DNA of 35,105 bases from positions 1-35,105 of the forward strand of contig JBGOWS010000003.1 of assembly GCA_041478735.1 (NCBI GenBank), read 5' to 3'. A model generated the notes under the pieces. The model had not been told where the DNA came from and did no database searches. It was given only the letters and a program-made list of their open reading frames with translations. This DNA comes from Thermodesulfovibrionia bacterium (lineage in GTDB: Bacteria; Nitrospirota; Thermodesulfovibrionia; Thermodesulfovibrionales; SM23-35). The position numbers and the translations under genes are program-made. Shown here piece after piece: positions 17,909 through 27,523 of this stretch (within the stretch, counting starts at the first letter, position 1; each line of letters opens with the position of its first letter).

Positions 17909-19067
17909 ATCCGTACTCCTTGGAGTAACAGGTGGAATTGCTGCTTACAAGGCTGTTGATTTAGCACGGAGACTCAGAGAAGAAGGCTCATCGGTTACCG
18001 TTATAATGACCAAAAGCGCTAAGAATTTTATAACACCACTATCTCTCGAAGTCGCCTCTCAGAACAAGGTTTATTCAAACCTTTTCAGTGATCCCATGGC
18101 ACACATAACGTTGTCTGCCAATGCAGATGTCATGGTTATAGCCCCTGCAACAGCAAATATAATAGGTAAATTTGCAAGGGGTATCGCTGACAATTTTCTA
18201 AGCACAAGCCTCCTTTCATTCACGGGTAAAGTAATCATTGCACCTGCAATGAATTGGAGGATGTATGAGAATCCCATTTTCCAGGAAAATCTGAGGTATC
18301 TTACATCCCGTGGAGTTATCCAGGTAGGGCCTGTAAAGGGAAATCTGGCTTGTGGAGAAGAAGGAATAGGAAGGATGTCAGACGTTTCTGAGATTGTTGA
18401 GGAAATAATATCCTCAATCACAAAAAAAGACCTTGTAAAAGAGAAGATCATAGTAACCGCAGGCCCTACGAGAGAATATCTTGATCCTGTCAGGTTTATA
18501 TCGAATAGATCATCGGGCAGGATGGGGTATGCTATTGCAAGCGCTGCCTTCAGGAGAGGTGCTGAGGTAACTCTAATAAGTGGCCCTTCATCATTAAATC
18601 AACCTAAAGGTGTTAATTTCATTTCTGTAGAAACTGCAGAAGACATGCTAAATGCCGTAAATAAGGAATTATATTCATCAACTGTACTGATAATGTCTGC
18701 CGCTGTTTCTGATTTTATGCCCGCAGAAAAGTCCAAGGACAAGATTGAAAAATCCGGAAAGTTGTCTTTGATGCTAAACCCCGCTCCTGATATTATTTCA
18801 GAGGTAGGGAAAAAAAGAAAAAAGCCATTTATTGTTGGGTTTGCAGCAGAAACGGGTATGAGAACTGAACGGGCAAAAACGAAATTAAAAGAAAAGAACA
18901 TGGATATGATTATATTTAATGATGTTACAGAAGCCGGTTCAGGGTTTGATGTTGATACTAACAAAGTTATAATTATTGATAAAGAAAAAGAAATAGAGTT
19001 TCCTCTTATGAGTAAAAACTCTGTTGCAGATGCAATATTAGACAGATTAGTTGAGATCAGGGCTTGA
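17895..19067 (+). CDS. coaBC: Bifunctional phosphopantothenoylcysteine decarboxylase/synthetase
   Basis: GVTGGIAAYK, APATAN, PAMN, LACG, TAGPTRE.LDPVRFISNRSSG and VGFAAET motifs. Probable GTG start at 17895. Confidence 0.95.
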   Translation: MLKNKSVLLGVTGGIAAYKAVDLARRLREEGSSVTVIMTKSAKNFITPLSLEVASQNKVYSNLFSDPMAHITLSANADVMVIAPATANIIGKFARGIADNFLSTSLLSFTGKVIIAPAMNWRMYENPIFQENLRYLTSRGVIQVGPVKGNLACGEEGIGRMSDVSEIVEEIISSITKKDLVKEKIIVTAGPTREYLDPVRFISNRSSGRMGYAIASAAFRRGAEVTLISGPSSLNQPKGVNFISVETAEDMLNAVNKELYSSTVLIMSAAVSDFMPAEKSKDKIEKSGKLSLMLNPAPDIISEVGKKRKKPFIVGFAAETGMRTERAKTKLKEKNMDMIIFNDVTEAGSGFDVDTNKVIIIDKEKEIEFPLMSKNSVADAILDRLVEIRA

Positions 19068-19103
19068 CTTTTTTTTCTTTTTTGTTGAAAATTTGGACAT
19101 ACC

Positions 19104-20042
19104 ATGGCACTTGAAGACATCGAAAGATTAAAAGAAAAGGTAGATAAAGACCCTAATTCAAAGCTCTTTATTCCGCTTGCTGAAGAATACAAGAAGGCAG
19201 GGATGTTTGATGAGGCTATTGATGTCCTTACTAAAGGGCTTGAACGTCAACCCGAATATATGAGTGCTCGGGTTTCCCTGGGCAAGATATACCTGGAGAG
19301 GGGTATGCTCGAAGAGGCAAGGGCTGAATTTGAAAAGGTTATTAGTACAATACCCGACAATTTATATGCCCATAAAAAGCTGGCCGAGATTTACAGTAAC
19401 CTCGGTGAAAAAGATCGAGCGGTAAAAGAATTTAAGACAGTTTTAAAACTAAACCCAATGGATGAATGGGCAGCAACAAGTCTTTCAGATATTGAGGGAG
19501 AACCTAAACTTCATCCTAAAGCATCAGAAAAAGCAAAAACCGCGGAAACAATCTTTTCCGAACAAGCCTCAACAGAAACAGAGGAAGAAAAACCTTCCGA
19601 GGTTTCAGTTGGTGAAGGAGTTATAGAATGGGTTGAAGAAATTCTGCCTGAAGCAGAATTAGAAGAGGCACAAATAGAGCCTATTACAGAAGCTGAAGAA
19701 CTAACTGAGGAAGAGCCGTTCTCATTTGAAAGCATATTTAAAGAAGATGTTGCTGTTGAAGAGCAGAAGATTATGAAGGAAGATAAAGTATCCGAACAGC
19801 CTTTTTTAAGTATATATGATGCAGACCCATATATATCTCAAGGCAAGTTTACGGAGGCTATGAGCATATATAGACAACTTCTCTCGCTAGAACCCGATAA
19901 TGTGCATGTAATGCAACGCGTTGAAGAGCTAAAGGCCCTTTTAAAACTTCTCGGTAAGGACAAGGAGGAACTAATAGCGCGACTGGATAGTTTCCTCGAT
20001 GGCATTAAAAAGAGGCGTAATGAGTTTTTCGGAAGTGCTTAA
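19104..20042 (+). CDS. TPR protein with an acidic linker
   Basis: DPNS.LF.PLAEEY, three N-terminal TPRs, Glu-rich middle, C-terminal YISQG...A..IY..LL..EP. Confidence 0.8.
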   Translation: MALEDIERLKEKVDKDPNSKLFIPLAEEYKKAGMFDEAIDVLTKGLERQPEYMSARVSLGKIYLERGMLEEARAEFEKVISTIPDNLYAHKKLAEIYSNLGEKDRAVKEFKTVLKLNPMDEWAATSLSDIEGEPKLHPKASEKAKTAETIFSEQASTETEEEKPSEVSVGEGVIEWVEEILPEAELEEAQIEPITEAEELTEEEPFSFESIFKEDVAVEEQKIMKEDKVSEQPFLSIYDADPYISQGKFTEAMSIYRQLLSLEPDNVHVMQRVEELKALLKLLGKDKEELIARLDSFLDGIKKRRNEFFGSA

Positions 20043-20376
20043 AGAGACTGTAGAGAAAGTAGATGGCGCTGTTTCTGCAATGATAATAGGCACAGACGGC
20101 ATATCTGTCCAGGAATATGCTACTGAAAAACTTGTAGACCTTGCGGGACTTAGTGCTGAGGCATCTGCAATGATTAAAGATATAGGTATAGCTGCGGATA
20201 ATCTTGGACTCGGTGAAGCCAGGGAATTTTCGATAATATCAGACACGTGTGGCATTATTATGAGGAAAATAAATTCCGACTATTACATTGCCCTTATAAT
20301 AAAGCCAGAAGGCAATTACGGCAAAGGACGATTTATTCTTAAGACTGCGATCCCTAAATTAGAAGGGGAATTCTAA
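20020..20376 (+). CDS. Roadblock/LC7 protein (MglC-like)
   Basis: MSFSEVLKETVEKVDGAVSAMIIGTDGI...GNYGKGRFIL. Stand-alone roadblock gene upstream of efp-accB-accC. Confidence 0.75.
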   Translation: MSFSEVLKETVEKVDGAVSAMIIGTDGISVQEYATEKLVDLAGLSAEASAMIKDIGIAADNLGLGEAREFSIISDTCGIIMRKINSDYYIALIIKPEGNYGKGRFILKTAIPKLEGEF

Positions 20377-20398
20377 TCACAATCCAGAGTAAAAAGTA

Positions 20399-20827
20399 AT
20401 GAAGGTGTTAGTTATCCATGGGCCTAACCTAAACCTCCTTGGCAAAAGGGAGACAGAGATATACGGGACTAAGTCACTCAAAGATATAAATAAGGATATC
20501 TTTTCCCTCGCCTCAGATCTCGGCATTGATGTCAGTGCAATACAACTTAATAGTGAGGGAGAGATAATAGACGCTATCCATAAAAGTAACTATGATGCCC
20601 TGATTATAAACCCTGCTGCCTATACCCATACGAGTATAGCAATAAGGGATGCCATTGCAGCAGTGGGTAAACCGTGCATAGAGGTACACCTGTCAAACAT
20701 CTTCAAACGCGAAGAATTCAGGGAAAAATCTTTCATCACAGGGGTTGCAGTTGGACAGATAAGTGGCTTCGGCCCTGATAGCTATCTCCTTGCGTTGAGG
20801 GCTGTAAAAAACATCCTTTCTAAATGA
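20399..20827 (+). CDS. aroQ: Type II 3-dehydroquinate dehydratase
   Basis: [21 protein letters not shown] and EVHLSN..REEFR motifs. Confidence 0.96.
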   Translation: MKVLVIHGPNLNLLGKRETEIYGTKSLKDINKDIFSLASDLGIDVSAIQLNSEGEIIDAIHKSNYDALIINPAAYTHTSIAIRDAIAAVGKPCIEVHLSNIFKREEFREKSFITGVAVGQISGFGPDSYLLALRAVKNILSK

Positions 20828-21939
20828 GCAGAAAAGTTGCTCTCTCTTTATCTGATGGGTTACTCACCCGTTATTCATCACCCGTTTTTAAAATAAGAGA
20901 ATTCATCAAAAGAAAAAGGATTGAAGGCTTTCTTGTCACTGACATAAATAATGTTCGGTATTTCACTGGTTTTTCAGGCTCATCAGCTCTTCTCTTGATC
21001 ACAAGAAATGATAAATTTTTTATAACTGATTTTAGATATAAGGAGCAGGCAGAAAGAGAATTAAAAGAGTGGGATATCATTATAGTGAAAAGAGACTTGA
21101 TAACGACCATAAAAAGCCTCTCTAAAAAGACGGGGATCAAAAGGCTTGCCTTTGAGTCTTCTGTAACTTATGAATTTTTCAGGAAAATAGCAAATGCAGG
21201 TTTAAGTTTGAAGGCCTTAGAAGGAGCAATAGAAAGGCTAAGGGAAATAAAAGATGCTGTAGAGATGAATTCAATCAGAAAAGCAGTAAGGCGCGCAGAA
21301 CTTGCCTTCCTTGAAGTGAAGCCATATATAAGACAAGGGATAAGCGAAAGAGCGATAGCCCTGAGGCTTGAGGAAAAATTGAAAAAAAACGGATGCAGAC
21401 ATATTCCATTTGACATAATAGTTGCATCAGGTCTTAATTCAGCTATGCCCCATGCCAGGCCGACTGAAAAAAAATTAAATATGGGAGACCTTATTATTAT
21501 AGACTGGGGTGGGGAGGCTGATGGTTATTTCTCGGATATGACCAGGACATTGCTCATAAGAAAAAGCGATAATTTTAATAAAAAAAAGGAAATCTATCAA
21601 CTGGTATTAGAGGCAAATAGCAGGGCCATCTCTCTTGTTTCACCGGGCATAGAATCTAAGAAGATCGATAGTTCAGCCAGAGATATTATAAAAAAGGCAG
21701 GTTATGGTAAGTTCTTTGGACATGGAACCGGCCACGGTGTTGGTCTTCAGATACATGAGTCTCCCTGCATAACATGGAATAAGAAAGAAATTATTAAAGA
21801 GAACATGGTCTTCACAATCGAGCCGGGTATTTATGTGCCAGGACTCGGGGGAGTAAGGATAGAGGATATGGTAGTGGTAAAACCAGATGGCCCTGGAATC
21901 CTCACCAGCATCTCTAAAAAACTCGAGATTATAAATTAG
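20824..21939 (+). CDS. Xaa-Pro aminopeptidase (M24)
   Basis: [15 protein letters not shown]...[23 protein letters not shown] and GVRIED motifs. Confidence 0.93.
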   Translation: MSRKVALSLSDGLLTRYSSPVFKIREFIKRKRIEGFLVTDINNVRYFTGFSGSSALLLITRNDKFFITDFRYKEQAERELKEWDIIIVKRDLITTIKSLSKKTGIKRLAFESSVTYEFFRKIANAGLSLKALEGAIERLREIKDAVEMNSIRKAVRRAELAFLEVKPYIRQGISERAIALRLEEKLKKNGCRHIPFDIIVASGLNSAMPHARPTEKKLNMGDLIIIDWGGEADGYFSDMTRTLLIRKSDNFNKKKEIYQLVLEANSRAISLVSPGIESKKIDSSARDIIKKAGYGKFFGHGTGHGVGLQIHESPCITWNKKEIIKENMVFTIEPGIYVPGLGGVRIEDMVVVKPDGPGILTSISKKLEIIN

Positions 21940-22034
21940 ATTCTCACCTTTAAAATTTAGCTCAAAATTTGGACTCGATGGAAAAAATTGTGGAAAATGG
22001 TAAAATATTACAGTTTCAATTGGGAGGTAATGAT

Positions 22035-22598
22035 TTGATTTTAACGAGCGACTTCAGAAAAGGTCTCAAGATAGAATTTAAAAATGAACCCTGTGAGATA
22101 ATAGATTTTCAACATGTAAAAATGGGAAGGGGCGGAGCTATTGTCAGGACAAAGATGAAAAGTCTGCGAACAGGAAGCATCCTTGAGCAAACCTTCAGGT
22201 CAGGTGAGAAATTAGAGAGTCCTCAGCTTGAGGAAAAGAAAATGCAATATCTATATATGCAAGATGGTATGTATTATTTCATGGATGAAGACACTTATGA
22301 ACAGATCCCTCTTGCTTCTGATCAGCTTGGTGATGCAAAAAAATTCCTAAAGGAAAATATGGTAGCTGTAATCCTGTATTATAAAGGAAATCCCCTGAGT
22401 GTAGAACTTCCAACATTTGTTGAACTCGTTGTTACAAAAACGGCCCCTGCAGGATTTAAGGGGGACACGGCATCAGGAGGGAACAAACCAGCAACATTGG
22501 AAACAGGGGCTGTGGTTAGGGTCCCTTTCCACATAAATGAGGGAGATACTATTAAGGTTGACACACGGACATCAGAATATATAGAAAGGGTAAAATAA
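22035..22598 (+). CDS. efp: Elongation factor P
   Basis: GGAGGT then TTG at 22035. [30 protein letters not shown] and DTR motifs. Confidence 0.95.
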   Translation: MILTSDFRKGLKIEFKNEPCEIIDFQHVKMGRGGAIVRTKMKSLRTGSILEQTFRSGEKLESPQLEEKKMQYLYMQDGMYYFMDEDTYEQIPLASDQLGDAKKFLKENMVAVILYYKGNPLSVELPTFVELVVTKTAPAGFKGDTASGGNKPATLETGAVVRVPFHINEGDTIKVDTRTSEYIERVK

Positions 22599-23032
22599 TG
22601 GAACTTGAGGATTTAAAAAATCTTATTGAACTTCTCAAGGAAACAGATATTACTGAACTGCAGTTAGAAAAAGACGGGACAAAAGTAAAGATCAAGAGAG
22701 AGAAACTTTTGTCATCGATAGAAATGTCGGCACTTAAATCTACAAGTTTACATGAGAAGATAGTAGCTGAGACAGAGGAAGAGACACAGAGGCTTGTAAC
22801 AATAACTTCACCGATTGTCGGCACATTCTACAGATCGATTTCGCCTGAAGCAGCGCCTTTTTTAGAAGTAGGTTTAAAGGTAAATAAAGGCCAGGTTCTC
22901 TGCATTGTAGAGGCAATGAAGCTGATGAACGAAATCGAAAGCGATATTGACGGCGTTGTTGTAAAGGTTTTAGTAGAAAATGGGCAGCCGGTTGAATACG
23001 GTGAACCGTTATTTCTAATCGAGCCAATATGA
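22598..23032 (+). CDS. accB: Biotin carboxyl carrier protein
   Basis: SPIVGTFYR and EAMKLMNEI biotinylation motif. Confidence 0.96.
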   Translation: MELEDLKNLIELLKETDITELQLEKDGTKVKIKREKLLSSIEMSALKSTSLHEKIVAETEEETQRLVTITSPIVGTFYRSISPEAAPFLEVGLKVNKGQVLCIVEAMKLMNEIESDIDGVVVKVLVENGQPVEYGEPLFLIEPI

Positions 23033-23069
23033 AAAGCCATATGAAACATTTATGTCCCATAGCAACGCA

Positions 23070-23219
23070 AATGACAATGCAAATGTCATTGCAGGGAGCG
23101 AGACCCCTCGTTTGTCATTGCGAGGCGAAGCCGAAGCAATCTCAAAGCCCGGGGGGGCAGGCTCCGCAATCTCTAAAGATGAGATTCCTCTCCCGAATGC
23201 TTTCGGGAGAGGAATGACA
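23070..23219. repeat. Nested REP/RPE-like palindromic element (TGTCATTGC...GCAATCTC...GAGATT...AATGACA)
   Basis: Two TGTCATTGC starts, two GCAATCTC, and a 14-bp perfect stem ATTCCTCTCCCGAA / TTCGGGAGAGGAAT (23184-23215). Confidence 0.7.
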
Positions 23220-23237
23220 GATTAAAAATATTTTCAT

Positions 23238-24590
23238 ATGAAACTATTCAAGAAGATTTTAATAGCAAACCGTGGTGAGATTGCCATAAGGATTATCCGT
23301 GCATGCAGGGAACTCGAGATAAAAACTGTTGCTGTATACTCAGACGCAGAAAAGGAGTCTCTCCATACAAGGCTTGCAGACGAATCTGTCTGTATCGGGC
23401 CTGTAAGTCTACCTCAGAGTTATCTGAATATCCCTGCGATACTCAGTGCTGCTGAGATAACCGATTCTGACGCCATACACCCGGGTTACGGGTTCCTTTC
23501 AGAAAACCATCATTTTGCTGAAGCATGTACTACTTCGGGTATCACATTCATAGGCCCAACCCCTGAAAATATAAGACTCGGTGGTGACAAGGCCAAGGCC
23601 AGGCAGATAATGAAACGCAGGGGTGTGCCCGTTGTATCTGGAAGTGATGGGCCTGTAGCTACAGTAGAGGTGGCTCTGAAGGTTGCAAAAAAGATAGGGT
23701 TTCCGATAGTGCTCAAGGCATCTGCTGGCGGAGGAGGGCATGGCATGAAGATTGTGAGGGAGGAGAAAGACCTTGAGCAGGCATTTTACATGGCACAGAG
23801 GGAGGCTTTAACTGCATTTGGTAATAGCGAACTTTATATAGAAGAATATATACCGGAGATGAGGCATATTGAGGTGCAGATTTTAGCAGATAACAAAGGG
23901 AACGTTATCCATCTTGGTGAAAGAGACTGTTCAATACAGAGAAGGCACCAAAAGCTTATAGAAGAATCCCCCTCACCCTTCTTATCAACAGAAAAATTCA
24001 AGAAGAGGATCGGAGAGTTAGGGGTAAAGGCTGCACGTGCTATCAAATACAGGAATGCAGGTACGGTAGAGTTTATAGTTGACTCTAAAAGTAATACATA
24101 TTTTATTGAGATTAATACCCGAATACAAGTAGAGCATCCTGTAACAGAGGCGGTTACAGGTATTGATATAATAAAAGAGCAGATAAAACTTGCAGCAGGC
24201 TTACCATTGGAGTACAAACAGAGCCAGATAAAGCTATCAGGGCATGCTATAGAATGCAGAATTAATGCAGAGGATCCTGAAAGATTTATCCCTTCTCCGG
24301 GAAAAATTACATTTCTTTCACTTCCTGGGGGTCCAGGTGTTAGAGTAGATACAGCAATATACAGTGGATATGTTATACCTCCTCACTATGATTCTCTCAT
24401 TGCCAAACTGATTGTACACGGGAAAGATAGGGCAGAGGCAATAGCAAAAATGAGGCGTGCACTTGATGAATTTATAATCGAGGGCATAAACACAACAATC
24501 CCCTTCCATCAAAGGGTCATGCGCAACCCCGATTTTATAAGTGGAAACTTTGATACAACTTTTATAGAGAAAATTAACAGCAGCAGCTAA
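23238..24590 (+). CDS. accC: Biotin carboxylase
   Basis: [32 protein letters not shown] and [12 protein letters not shown] motifs. Confidence 0.97.
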   Translation: MKLFKKILIANRGEIAIRIIRACRELEIKTVAVYSDAEKESLHTRLADESVCIGPVSLPQSYLNIPAILSAAEITDSDAIHPGYGFLSENHHFAEACTTSGITFIGPTPENIRLGGDKAKARQIMKRRGVPVVSGSDGPVATVEVALKVAKKIGFPIVLKASAGGGGHGMKIVREEKDLEQAFYMAQREALTAFGNSELYIEEYIPEMRHIEVQILADNKGNVIHLGERDCSIQRRHQKLIEESPSPFLSTEKFKKRIGELGVKAARAIKYRNAGTVEFIVDSKSNTYFIEINTRIQVEHPVTEAVTGIDIIKEQIKLAAGLPLEYKQSQIKLSGHAIECRINAEDPERFIPSPGKITFLSLPGGPGVRVDTAIYSGYVIPPHYDSLIAKLIVHGKDRAEAIAKMRRALDEFIIEGINTTIPFHQRVMRNPDFISGNFDTTFIEKINSSS

Positions 24591-24636
24591 TATATATAAG
24601 TAGTTTTTGGAGACTATTTAAAGGATTACAGAAGTT

Positions 24637-24668
24637 AAAGGCATAGATATTCTGCCTTTTTTATTTTC
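24637..24668 (+). terminator. Possible intrinsic terminator after accC
   Basis: AAAGGCA-9 nt-TGCCTTT followed by a T-rich tail. Confidence 0.45.
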
Positions 24669-24709
24669 ATCCTTACTCCCTTATTGGGTTACTAAGAAAT
24701 TACAGGGAT

Positions 24710-26074
24710 ATGCCAAAGATTAAAACATTTTATCAATGCCAGGCATGCGGTTACATAACTCCAAAGTGGCTCGGCAAGTGCCCGGACTGTGGAGCATGGA
24801 ACAGCCTTGTTGAAGAAAGAAAAGAGACAGTTGCTCGTCATTCGTCACTTGCAACTCATTCTGACAAGTCAGCGCCCCAGCCCTTAAGTTCAATTACAGG
24901 TGGATACAGGCAGAGGACATCAACAGGGATTAAGGAGCTTGACAGAGTTCTGGGAGGAGGTGTTGTTGCAGGCTCGGTGATACTCATTGGCGGTGATCCG
25001 GGCATAGGAAAATCTACGTTACTCTTACAAGCTCTTGCTGGTCTTTCAAGAAAACACGGTAAAGTACTTTATGTCTCAGGTGAAGAGTCGCCCGAACAGA
25101 TTAAGATCAGGGCTGAAAGGCTTTCAATAAATTCTGAAGAGATAATCTTACTTTCAGAGACCTCACTCGAAGTTATTGCTAGTGCAGCGTCAAAACTTGT
25201 TCCTAAAACACTGGTTATAGATTCCATACAGACTGTTTACACTGAAGAGCTTGTTTCAGCACCTGGTTCTGTCAGCCAGGTAAGGGAGTGCGCTGCAAAA
25301 TTGATGTTCTTTGCAAAAAGATCTGATATCCCTGTATTCCTTGTAGGTCACGTAACTAAAGAAGGCGCGATTGCCGGGCCACGTGTCCTTGAACACATTG
25401 TAGATACAGTCCTGTATTTTGAAGGAGATAGAGGGCATTCATACCGCATTCTGCGGACTGTAAAAAACCGCTTTGGTTCAACAAACGAGATAGGGATATT
25501 TCAAATGTCAGACTCGGGACTTATAGAGGTAGAAAATCCATCCGAACTCTTCCTTCTGGAAAGACCCTTGAATGTTTCAGGTTCAACTGTTGTTGCAAGC
25601 CTCGAAGGTACCAGGCCATTGATGGTCGAGATACAGTCACTTGTCTCGCAAACTAATTTCGGGATGCCCCGAAGAACAACGATAGGTGTTGACTTTAATC
25701 GGGTAAACCTGCTTGTAGCAGTGCTTGAAAAAAGGGCAGGTCTTCATCTCGGAGGGATGGATATATTTGTAAATGTTGTCGGTGGACTCAGGATAATTGA
25801 GCCTGCTGTTGACCTCGGCATTATTACAACAATAACCTCTTCTCTTAGAGACTTACCCATAGATCCGGAAATATTTGTATTTGGTGAAGCTGGTCTTTCG
25901 GGTGAGATAAGGGCAGTTACACAGGCAGAGGTGCGATTAAAGGAGGCATCGAATATAGGATTTAAACGGGCTGTCATGCCTTCAGGAAACGCTGAAAAAA
26001 TAAAAAACAATTTTGGATTGGAAATAATAGGAGTTAAAAATATTGAAGACTCTCTCCAGGCTGTTTTTAGTTAA
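24710..26074 (+). CDS. radA: DNA repair protein RadA/Sms
   Basis: CQACG..CPDC zinc finger, GDPGIGKSTL, KNRFG motif and Lon-like C-terminal domain. Confidence 0.97.
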   Translation: MPKIKTFYQCQACGYITPKWLGKCPDCGAWNSLVEERKETVARHSSLATHSDKSAPQPLSSITGGYRQRTSTGIKELDRVLGGGVVAGSVILIGGDPGIGKSTLLLQALAGLSRKHGKVLYVSGEESPEQIKIRAERLSINSEEIILLSETSLEVIASAASKLVPKTLVIDSIQTVYTEELVSAPGSVSQVRECAAKLMFFAKRSDIPVFLVGHVTKEGAIAGPRVLEHIVDTVLYFEGDRGHSYRILRTVKNRFGSTNEIGIFQMSDSGLIEVENPSELFLLERPLNVSGSTVVASLEGTRPLMVEIQSLVSQTNFGMPRRTTIGVDFNRVNLLVAVLEKRAGLHLGGMDIFVNVVGGLRIIEPAVDLGIITTITSSLRDLPIDPEIFVFGEAGLSGEIRAVTQAEVRLKEASNIGFKRAVMPSGNAEKIKNNFGLEIIGVKNIEDSLQAVFS

Positions 26075-26669
26075 TATTATCTTATTTTTATTTTCCTGTG
26101 CAGCACCACGGATCGAGATGCCTTTATATGAAGGCATTGATGTAAAGGATGTACTCTATTCGAAGAACAGCATCTCGGACATAAAAGCCGTATTTTCCAT
26201 AATCTATGAAAAAGAAGATACTGAGATAAGAGGAGAAGGGGTGCTAAATATATCCAGAAACGGTAATTTAAGCCTCCGTGTATACTCATTCGGATTTCTT
26301 GCGCTCGAGATCACGTCAGAAAACGGCATTGTAAAAAGCATTCCAACTCTTGACAGAACCAAAAGTAGAATACTTACACATGGCTTGAGAGACTGCCTTT
26401 TCTGGTGGGATATAAAAAACTTTGAAATTGATGAAAAAGAAGGTAATTATCTACTAAAAAATCTTTCGAGACAGATATGGATAGACAGAAAAACAATGCT
26501 CCCGATAAAGCAGACAGTCTCCGATAAAGATGGTAGAGAATTTAAATTCTATTATGATAATCCAGAAAATGCAGGTAATATCTGGTATCCGATGAAGATT
26601 AGGATAGAGTTCTCTAAATATTCTGTAACTTTAAAGTTTAAAGAGATATCATTTAGCCACGATGTCTAA
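26043..26669 (+). CDS. Putative lipoprotein (possibly LolA/LolB-like)
   Basis: Signal peptide with LFSC lipobox; beta-rich sequence ending WYPMKIRIE. Confidence 0.55.
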   Translation: MKTLSRLFLVNIILFLFSCAAPRIEMPLYEGIDVKDVLYSKNSISDIKAVFSIIYEKEDTEIRGEGVLNISRNGNLSLRVYSFGFLALEITSENGIVKSIPTLDRTKSRILTHGLRDCLFWWDIKNFEIDEKEGNYLLKNLSRQIWIDRKTMLPIKQTVSDKDGREFKFYYDNPENAGNIWYPMKIRIEFSKYSVTLKFKEISFSHDV

Positions 26670-27473
26670 ACCAAGGTCAACCGCTACAGTCTTTATTGTC
26701 TCACTATCTAATTTAGTTGACTTAAACAGATAGCCATCAAGAAGTGCATTATCGCAGACAGTGTTTATACGCCTTGGTATGCCATTTGTATACTGATAGA
26801 TAAGCCTTATAGCATTTTCCGAAAATATCTCCTTATTACACCCTGCAACATTTAGCCTGTGATTTATGTAATCCCTTGTATCTTTTTCAGAAAATGCCTT
26901 TAGCCTGATCTTGATAGCCACCCGCTGTTTTAATGGTTCATCAAGCGAAAGAACGTCTTCAAGATCAGGCAGGCCAAAAAAAATAAAATTAAGCATCTTC
27001 CCTTCGTGTGTCTCCATATTCAAAAGACCCCTGAATTCCTCCATAATTTCCTTTGAATTCAACATTTGGACCTCATCAATCATCACTATAGCATTTTTAC
27101 CTTCGTCCCTTATCTCGTAAAGTCTCTTATAAATCTGAGTGAGAAGTTCCACCTTATTCTCTTTCAAGTCTTTAACACCAAGTTGGATAGCAAACTTTTT
27201 AAAGAGCCATTCCGAACTTACAGTAGCGTGTACTATCACAAGGAGGGCTGCCTCATAACTGTCCTCATCCAATTCCTCAAGTAGCCTTCTTGCGAGGGTT
27301 GTCTTACCCGTTCCTATCCCACCAATTACAACCGCAAGACCCTTTCTTGTATCTATCGCATATCTCAATTTCATAAGGGCATCATTGTGCTGGCGGCCGT
27401 TATAATAAAATCTACTGTCAACTACATTAGAAAATGGATGCTCTTTCAGGCCATAATATTCTAAATAATCCAT
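26649..27473 (-). CDS. ExeA/GspA-family AAA ATPase
   Basis: YYGLKEHPF, G.GTGKTTLAR, IDEVQ, YINHRL..AG and GIPRRINTVCDNALL motifs. Confidence 0.92.
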   Translation of the reverse strand: MDYLEYYGLKEHPFSNVVDSRFYYNGRQHNDALMKLRYAIDTRKGLAVVIGGIGTGKTTLARRLLEELDEDSYEAALLVIVHATVSSEWLFKKFAIQLGVKDLKENKVELLTQIYKRLYEIRDEGKNAIVMIDEVQMLNSKEIMEEFRGLLNMETHEGKMLNFIFFGLPDLEDVLSLDEPLKQRVAIKIRLKAFSEKDTRDYINHRLNVAGCNKEIFSENAIRLIYQYTNGIPRRINTVCDNALLDGYLFKSTKLDSETIKTVAVDLGLDIVAK

Positions 27474-27523
27474 AAATTATTATAACTTATGAATTATTGT
27501 TTTGTAAGCTTGCAGAACTTTTA

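Noticed and set aside
23029-23217. 62-aa ORF between accB and accC
   Set aside because: It is a translation of the palindromic repeat (CHCEAKPKQS) with no protein signal.
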